Translations under genes and position numbers: made by a program
From: a virus
Lineage: Duplodnaviria; Caudoviricetes
Virus record (IMG/VR): IMGVR_UViG_2883187667_000001
Coordinates: 22,140-86,139 of that record
Length of the DNA stretch: 64,000 nucleotides
Strand: one strand, 5' to 3'
Notes under the pieces: model-generated
Told to the model about the DNA's origin: nothing
Database searches by the model: none
What the model saw: the letters and a program-made list of their open reading frames with translations, nothing else
In this document: positions 57,677-64,000 of the stretch, piece by piece
Layout: each line of letters begins with the position of its first letter
Position numbering within the stretch: the stretch's first letter is position 1

Positions 57677-58945
57677 ATGGCAGACAGTTCAGCAGCGCTA
57701 CAGGCTGTAATTGACAGCGTTTCCGCTCAGGCGGCTTCAGCCTCGGCAGGCGACTTGGCGTATCTCGCAAAAGCCCTGGAGGCGATCGGACCAGCCAGTC
57801 AAACCGCATTCATCGCCCAACTGGGAGGAACGCAGGTTAACCTGATCAACTCCGCGAGCAATTCCGCTCAGACGGCTATTTCGAGCGCGGAGCAGGCCGC
57901 CACGCAGGCGATTTCGAGCGCGGAGCAGGCCGCCACGCAGGCGATTTCGTCGGATCAAACAGTCGCCGTTGGAGCTGTTACTACTGCGGGCGCTAATGCC
58001 ATACAAGCCATTTCGACGGCACAGACCACTGCGACAACGGCGGTCAACACCGCCGGGGCGTCGCAAATCGCACAGATCGGCTCGCTCGGTAAATTCAGTG
58101 TTGGTATTGAGCCGGCGTCCGGCGGTACGGCTCTCGTCATTCCGACAATTTACACGGAAAATGATCGGAACGGCTTTGGCTGGCCGTTTGGCGCGCAATG
58201 GTCAAGCACCGGCCCCTGGACAACGCTATTCGGTTACGGCACCAATGGTGCGCCCGATGCCGTGCAGTGGATGAACATTGCTCTTGGTACCGGGTACGCC
58301 AACTATTCCGTCCCCAGTCACGGAGCGTCAGCCTTCAACCGGTACACGACCGGAGCCCGGCGCGAAATCGAGTACGCTTATGGTGACGAGGTGTGCGCGA
58401 CGCGGGAAATCATCCAATTCAGCGGCGGCAATTATGCGCCGGCCGGTATCCGGCTGCTGCCGATCCGGAACACAGCAAACACATCGAAAACCATCACTAT
58501 CGGCGTGCATTATTCGACGATGTGGAGCTCGGGATATGAGGGAGCTGGTTTGTATCTGCTGTCTCCTCCCGCGAATACGACATATGGAAATGTTACGAGC
58601 GTTAGCGTGTCCGTGCCATGGAGTATTACATCGAATGCCGCTCAATCATATACCACGGTATCGGCCACTCTGCCCGCAAATGCCACCAGTATTTTGATGC
58701 TGGTTACCTCCGCTTATACGACAAGCAATGTCGCATGGTCAGCGAATGGTCAAAGTGCCTACGTCGCGAAACAATGTAACGGCTTTTACAACCTGAACAA
58801 TGTGTTTTCCGACACTGCCCTGCAGCCGGATATGCGCATGGCATCGGTATTAGCCGCCGACCGAGGGCATGCATCCATGGCCTACAACAGCAATACACTA
58901 CACCTCATCTGGCAGCGCACCGCAACCCTCGAAGGAGATCGATAA
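57677..58945 (+). CDS. Tail fibre / receptor-binding protein
   Basis: Ala-rich coiled coil with a 33-bp duplication (AISSAEQAATQ x2), then a beta-rich C-terminus. Confidence 0.6.
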   Translation: MADSSAALQAVIDSVSAQAASASAGDLAYLAKALEAIGPASQTAFIAQLGGTQVNLINSASNSAQTAISSAEQAATQAISSAEQAATQAISSDQTVAVGAVTTAGANAIQAISTAQTTATTAVNTAGASQIAQIGSLGKFSVGIEPASGGTALVIPTIYTENDRNGFGWPFGAQWSSTGPWTTLFGYGTNGAPDAVQWMNIALGTGYANYSVPSHGASAFNRYTTGARREIEYAYGDEVCATREIIQFSGGNYAPAGIRLLPIRNTANTSKTITIGVHYSTMWSSGYEGAGLYLLSPPANTTYGNVTSVSVSVPWSITSNAAQSYTTVSATLPANATSILMLVTSAYTTSNVAWSANGQSAYVAKQCNGFYNLNNVFSDTALQPDMRMASVLAADRGHASMAYNSNTLHLIWQRTATLEGDR

Positions 58946-58948
58946 ACA

Positions 58949-59656
58949 ATGAAATTGTATGCAATTTTCGATAAAAACGGACGGCACGTTGACTCAGTTG
59001 AACTCCAGGATAACGAAGCGCCACCGGCAGGCGCGACCGAAATCAGCGAGACGCTGTACGGCCATGCGCTGCGGCTGGATAACGGCGTGCCGATCCTGGT
59101 GACAATCAAAAATTATGCGTTGTTCGATGCAACCGGACGACATACCGGCACGGTACAGCTGGCCGATACTGAAGCTGCGCCGGTAGGCGGGATTGAGATC
59201 GCTGCAAATTTACTTGGTACGCCGTTGATCCTGGTTAATGCCGTGCCAACGCCGCGCCCGGCGGCCGATATTGAGGCAGATCAGGCAGCGCTGATGCTCA
59301 CTGCCTCGCGTAATGCGGCGCTGCAGCATATCGACGCCGAGTGTGCGCGCGCAGTTGGCGCGTTGAAGTCCGGCTACCCGTCGGATGAGATTCTGTCATG
59401 GGATCAGCAGCTGCGTGAAGCGCTTGCGTTTTCGGCGGATAAAACGGCGGCCACGCCGATGTTGAGCGCCCTGGCTACCGCGCGCGGCAGCACAGTCGAT
59501 GCGGTGGCACAGCGGGTCAGTAACAAAGCTGCTGCTTATGCGGCTGCTAGCGGCACCGTCATTGGAAATCATCAACGGCTGCGCGCCGAAATCATGGCAG
59601 CGATAGACATGCCGGCGCTGGCGGCGATTGACTTAACAACCGGCTGGCCGGCTTAA
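58949..59656 (+). CDS. Tail fibre assembly protein
   Basis: YPSDEILSWDQQLREA...TPMLSALATARG motif; duplicated N-terminal YAxFD..GRH repeats. Confidence 0.65.
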   Translation: MKLYAIFDKNGRHVDSVELQDNEAPPAGATEISETLYGHALRLDNGVPILVTIKNYALFDATGRHTGTVQLADTEAAPVGGIEIAANLLGTPLILVNAVPTPRPAADIEADQAALMLTASRNAALQHIDAECARAVGALKSGYPSDEILSWDQQLREALAFSADKTAATPMLSALATARGSTVDAVAQRVSNKAAAYAAASGTVIGNHQRLRAEIMAAIDMPALAAIDLTTGWPA

Positions 59657-59668
59657 GGAGAAGCAGCA

Positions 59669-60229
59669 ATGATCGTTTTTACAATTACCGCTGCCGGCAT
59701 AGCGACAGAAAACGCGGCCATGGAAACGGGAACCATGCCGGTGTACGGCAATATCGTCATCGGCGATGGAACCCCTGCTGATGTGCCGTTCAATGCCAAT
59801 GATCTCACGCATCAGGTGTTGTCGGTTCCGGTATTGGTCGTCGAGCGCCTGTCCGCAGGAGCTGTGCGTCTACACGCGAATATTCCTCCGGATGTCGAGC
59901 TGCGCATAAGAGAAATCGGCCTGCGTCTGTCGGACGGAACGTTATACGCCTATGCGCCGTATGACGAAGCCGCCGGAGGCTTCTACAAGCCAAGCGGATT
60001 TGATTTCTCCTTCGACGTAGTGCTGGCGCGCGAGCAGCTTGCCAATCTGACGTTCACCTACACGCCGGTTGACGTTCAGTCGATCGCGGACAGCATCACC
60101 AATACCGCGAGAAACGCCATCGACGCATACATGCAAACTTACATCATCGATCTGACGGCGATGTGTAGCCGCATGAGCCGCAATCTGATCGAGCTGCAGC
60201 AGCGATCCACAAACGTAAAACTGGGTTAA
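59669..60229 (+). CDS. Tail-collar fibre protein (DUF3751-like)
   Basis: ITAAG...IVIGDG...IREIGLRLSDGTLYAYA. Confidence 0.7.
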   Translation: MIVFTITAAGIATENAAMETGTMPVYGNIVIGDGTPADVPFNANDLTHQVLSVPVLVVERLSAGAVRLHANIPPDVELRIREIGLRLSDGTLYAYAPYDEAAGGFYKPSGFDFSFDVVLAREQLANLTFTYTPVDVQSIADSITNTARNAIDAYMQTYIIDLTAMCSRMSRNLIELQQRSTNVKLG

Positions 60230-60245
60230 CACAAGGAATACACAA

Positions 60246-61952
60246 ATGACCACCATTGATGAATTGATAGCCCGCATAGACCGGGATCATAGTGATATCT
60301 ACAGCCTCGTATCGGGACTCCCGCAATTCCTCGCCGGTGATCCCGGCGATATTCCGGTCACTCTGAACGGAGTTCAAGGCTCGATACCGAATCTAAAGAA
60401 GCTGACGGCTGCTATCAATATGGCTATTGTGTCGTCGCAGCTGGCTGCTCTTAACGATCAGATGAACAAGCAGTCCGTCACATTAAAGGGGGTAATTTCA
60501 GACGTATCCAAATTGACAGGACACGGCTCTCCATTCTGGAACGCCTATAATCTCAACGACCCGTCTATCGGCGATACAAGCGACCCGACATTCCGGGCAA
60601 ATATTGAAAACGGGCTTCGATTCCCGTTCGATGGGTATGTGGTTAACAATCTAGACCGAAAAGACCCCTCGGTATTTACCAAGATCGGCAATCAAATGTT
60701 GCCGAACTATACGGAAAAGCTGATTCCTGGCTACCCGCTGACGTCGGGCGCCGACACCCCTAGCGCGATCGCAACGGGTTATCTCAACATAGCGGCGTAC
60801 CCGGCATTTTCGCAAACCACCTACTACAGCGAAAACTATTGGGGGTGGTACGGGTGGTACTATGGTTATTATTACTACTGGTGGAATTACTATTATAGCT
60901 ACAGTCGCGTTTATGCAGTTACCACCACGATCGCGATTAACGGTAGTGCAACGGCGCAGAGTTTCCAGGTTAGCTCGGATCAGATATTGACCGGCGTAAA
61001 TTTCTGGGCCTATGCCGCAAGCAGCAATCAAAGCTCGAACCCCTATGTGCTGTTGTGCGAATGCACACAGGGTATTCCTGACCCAAACAAAGTGATTGGC
61101 CGAGCCGACCCAGTAAAGGACGCGAACTATACCGGGGGCGCATTGACCACTGCGGCCGCGCTAACGCCGACAAACAACATCCGGTTCAATTTCGGTCAGG
61201 CTACTTATTTGCACGCGGGTAAATCCTACGCATTCATCGTTGTATCGAACGGCACATATAACCTCTGGTACAACAGCAACTCGTACAACAAAGGTGGGGC
61301 ATTCTACACACAGGACGGTGCTCAGTTCTCCGTTGACCTGCAAAAAGACCTCATGTTTGAGCTGGTGGTTGCACAGTTCAGCGCCGGACAGCAGATTGTC
61401 GAACTCGCGCCGGTATCGTTGTCGGGCGGCATCGCATCGATCAAAACCGAGTTGCAGGCCGTTATCCCTGCGGGTACTCAATTACAGCTACAGGTGTCCA
61501 TCAATGGCAACTGGCAACCGCTGACCGTGCTGAACAACCTGGACTCCCTCCCGCCCTATACTCCGATTCGAGCCGTCTATACTTGCACCACGGATTTGGC
61601 GCCGATCGTGGACGTAGTGAAGTCCAGCGTCACGGCGTTCCGCCCCGCTACGGCGCTGAACTTTTTTGTTAAGCCGATACCGATCAAAAGCGGCTCAACA
61701 TCGCTGAACCTCACATTTAATATGGTGGGATTCGATAAAACCATGCACACGCTTGATATCAAGATCAAGTTGGATAACGGGACTATTCTCTCGCCCGATG
61801 TGGTGCGCCAGTACACGGACAGCGTGGCTCAAGGCATGTTCGACACATTTTTCACTATCCCAGCCGGCGCCATCAGCTATCAATTGATAGCGAAAGCGAC
61901 AACGCAGGTAGCAACACGGGTGTTCGACGTTACATCGATAGTCGAGTCGTAA
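60246..61952 (+). CDS. Virion structural protein (DUF4815-like)
   Basis: ENGLRFP, AQSFQV, QDGAQF...DLMFEL motifs; tail module context. Confidence 0.55.
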   Translation: MTTIDELIARIDRDHSDIYSLVSGLPQFLAGDPGDIPVTLNGVQGSIPNLKKLTAAINMAIVSSQLAALNDQMNKQSVTLKGVISDVSKLTGHGSPFWNAYNLNDPSIGDTSDPTFRANIENGLRFPFDGYVVNNLDRKDPSVFTKIGNQMLPNYTEKLIPGYPLTSGADTPSAIATGYLNIAAYPAFSQTTYYSENYWGWYGWYYGYYYYWWNYYYSYSRVYAVTTTIAINGSATAQSFQVSSDQILTGVNFWAYAASSNQSSNPYVLLCECTQGIPDPNKVIGRADPVKDANYTGGALTTAAALTPTNNIRFNFGQATYLHAGKSYAFIVVSNGTYNLWYNSNSYNKGGAFYTQDGAQFSVDLQKDLMFELVVAQFSAGQQIVELAPVSLSGGIASIKTELQAVIPAGTQLQLQVSINGNWQPLTVLNNLDSLPPYTPIRAVYTCTTDLAPIVDVVKSSVTAFRPATALNFFVKPIPIKSGSTSLNLTFNMVGFDKTMHTLDIKIKLDNGTILSPDVVRQYTDSVAQGMFDTFFTIPAGAISYQLIAKATTQVATRVFDVTSIVES

Positions 61953-61992
61953 TTCAGCCTCGTAATCAAATCAGAAACAGCAGGTAAACGAA

Positions 61993-62409
61993 ATGGCAGA
62001 ATCAACAGAACAGGTATTGGCGCAGGACATCATGCTAGGCGGCCGCATCATCCTCGCCGGCGAAACCGTGCAGATCGATCAGGCAACGCTTGATGCAGGC
62101 ATTGCGGCGCTGGCGAAGTATAAAAAGCGTGGCGTCATACAGCGCGGTGCCGGGGACATTGAGTCGCAACACGGCAGCACGAACGATGCCGCGCTGATGG
62201 CGCTGACGCTGGTGAGCCGGTTGATTGTCGGGTTGCAGGGGGCTCAGTCGCTCGCGGACGTACGGGCCGCGACTGACGCGATAGCGGCGGATGCGACGGC
62301 GATATCCGACGTCCTCGTTAATGTTAAGCAGCCGTGGCAGGCAAAGGGCGCAGCAGAGGCATCGAAGAAGATTGCGAACAGGGCGGCAGCGGTATCGGCG
62401 CAGCTATAG
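61993..62409 (+). CDS. Hypothetical tail-module protein
   Basis: Last ORF of the operon; Ala-rich. Confidence 0.6.
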   Translation: MAESTEQVLAQDIMLGGRIILAGETVQIDQATLDAGIAALAKYKKRGVIQRGAGDIESQHGSTNDAALMALTLVSRLIVGLQGAQSLADVRAATDAIAADATAISDVLVNVKQPWQAKGAAEASKKIANRAAAVSAQL

Positions 62410-62516
62410 CTGCGGCGTCTAACGCTGTGTCGTCTTTCGGGGGTTGGAAATAGGTTGTTGGTGGCCGGACATTACCCGGCTACGTCCGGCAATCTACGAT
62501 TTTATGGATTTATCAC

Positions 62517-62564
62517 CAACAAGAAAGAGCGAACCACGTTGCACGCCCGCGCTCTTTCTTGTTG
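62517..62564. terminator. 15-bp inverted repeat, probable terminator
   Basis: CAACAAGAAAGAGCG ... CGCTCTTTCTTGTTG after the last phage gene. Confidence 0.55.
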
Positions 62565-62716
62565 ATGCTCCCGTGCTATATTTTAGCAAGTAACACGAAA
62601 ATCATCTGCCGGAGATTTGCCGGTTTTAACTATGGCGTAGTTTGGCTTTATTTGGTTTGAGAACGAAAAGCCGATCTTTATGTTATTGATTAATATACGT
62701 CATTATAGAAAATACC

Positions 62717-62764
62717 GCCTTCGGGAGGCAGGGGCCGGAGGTTCGAATCCTCTCACCCCGACCA
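62717..62764 (+). other. att site: duplicated 3' half of tRNA-Pro(CGG)
   Basis: GCCTTCGGGAGGC anticodon arm (CGG), GGAGGTTCGAATCCTC T arm, ends CCGACCA; no 5' half upstream. Confidence 0.85.
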
Positions 62765-62825
62765 ATAATACAACAAGTTACATTTTGATCAAATTACCTT
62801 GCGTTTTTTTGCGTGTTTCACTAAA

Positions 62826-63224
62826 TTATCCCGCCTTTCTCAGTAGCACCATTTCTGCGGAGTTTCCATCATCATCCGCCAATTTATCGAGGCAGGAAAA
62901 CAGCCTTTCAATCGCCGCCTTACTATAATGCTGCGTCACTGTCCCATATCGATGACCCAGCAGCTCAGCAATATCCTCTTGCGATACATCAACGCTCCGT
63001 AACCGCCGGGCAAATGTGTGTCTCAGGTCATGGATTCTAACATCCGGCAAGCCAGCGCGCTTTCTCCCGCTCTTCCATGCCGTATTCGTCAGCCTGGTTA
63101 TGCGATTTCCATCGCAAGTAAACACCCATTCTGCTGATCTCCCCCTCTGCGAGTTTACCGCAGATGCCGCAACGGAGCTCAGTGGCACAAGTTTATCGTG
63201 ACCGTTTTTCGTAACCGATCCAGG
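62826..63224 (-). pseudogene. Tyrosine integrase C-terminal fragment truncated by IS3
   Basis: TKNG...RIHDLRHTFARRL...LLGH...TQHY; frame is cut at the IS end at 63226. Confidence 0.85.
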
Positions 63225-63225
63225 T

Positions 63226-63370
63226 TGTAATGTTCAACAAAAACCGGACACCTGTTCAGGCAGCGTTTCTATAAAACTCCCGCTCGAATTCGAGCGGGGA
63301 CCGATAGCCCAATGTTGAGTGTGCCGGCGGCCATTATAAAAAGCCAAATAATCGATCACACTCAGTTTTG
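63226..63370 (-). mobile_element. IS3-family remnant (terminal IR and transposase C-terminus)
   Basis: TGTAATGTTCAACAAAAACCGGACAC end; minus strand GFYNGRR / HSTLGYRSPLEFE (frameshifted). Confidence 0.65.
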
Positions 63371-63389
63371 CCGCTGCTTGGGTCTTGGC

Positions 63390-64000
63390 GCCTGATGCGA
63401 CAAGCCGATTTACGCTGTAAAACCCGGCGCCGCTTCAAGGCGACCACGAATTCGCGGCATAACCTGCCGGTTGCAGCCAACCTTCTGGATCGCCAGTTTA
63501 GCGTCCAGCGGCCCAACCAAGCTTACGTGGGTGATATTACCTATATTTCGACGCAAAAAGGCTGGTTGTACTTAGCGGTGGTAATCGACTTATACTCTCG
63601 CCAAGTCGTAGGCTGGTCTATGGCTGAACATATGCGCACTGCGTTGGTCAACGATGCCTTTTTGATGGCGGCTTGGAAGCGTAAGCCGGAAAAAGGCCTG
63701 ATCTGGCATACCGACCGCGGCAGTCAATACGCATCGGAAAGTCATCGGATGTTATTGAAGCAATACGGTGTTCGGCAAAGTATGAGCCGTAAGGGGAATT
63801 GCAGGGACAATGCTGTTGCGGAAAGTTTTTTTCATACACTCAAAACAGAGCTGATTTATCAGGAAAACTACAAAACTCGGGAGCAAGCCAAGCAAAGCAT
63901 ATTTGAATATATTGAAGTCTTTTATAACCGGGAGCGGCTTCATTCGGCCAACGAGTATATGTCGCCAGTGGACTACGAATTGCAGTTTAAAACTGCTTAA
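63390..64000 (+). mobile_element. IS3-family transposase OrfB fragment
   Basis: VGDITYI...WLYLAVVIDLYSR...HTDRGSQY...DNAVAESFFHTLK; 5' part missing. Confidence 0.9.

Larger units (their letters stand above)
1..62764. mobile_element. Integrated P1-like myovirus prophage (left end lies outside the window)
   Basis: Near-complete terminase, head, tail, baseplate and lysis gene set with P1-type Dar proteins and a C4/ant region; ends at a tRNA-Pro 3'-half duplication at 62717-62764. Confidence 0.9.

Noticed and set aside
56704-62409. P1 Cin/cix-type invertible tail-fibre segment
   Set aside because: All genes are co-oriented; no invertase or flanking inverted repeats were seen
62690-62764. Functional tRNA-Pro gene
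   Set aside because: Only the anticodon arm through CCA is present; the 5' acceptor strand and D arm are missing

Overview
Positions 1 to ~62,765 are the packaging, morphogenesis and lysis part of an integrated P1-like (contractile-tailed) prophage. It encodes PacA/PacB-like terminase, prohead protease, a polyvalent DarA-like protein, a DarB-like methyltransferase-helicase, an Hdf-like protein, capsid, sheath, tube, portal, tape measure, baseplate/PAAR and tail-fibre genes, plus endolysin/holin. It ends at a duplicated 3' half of tRNA-Pro(CGG) (att site), followed by an integrase fragment and IS3 fragments. Accessory DNA sits between the virion operons: four toxin-antitoxin pairs, a C4-RNA-controlled antirepressor and a truncated duplicate of it, a dcm/vsr remnant, an IS30-disrupted TPR/LprI gene, and an integrase-less array of integron-type attC cassettes next to a Shedu nuclease. 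The last cassette is a coupled TM-Macro-domain plus HIGH-nucleotidyltransferase pair, the best candidate for an undescribed signalling-type anti-phage system. Sequence-level signals also include a 7-copy late-promoter motif, a candidate pac repeat, a recurrent (L/F/V)D(S/A) putative head-protease site, a possible +1 frameshift and three copies of the tape-measure 3' end. All protein assignments come from motif recall and synteny, not database searches; P1 orthology names are tentative.
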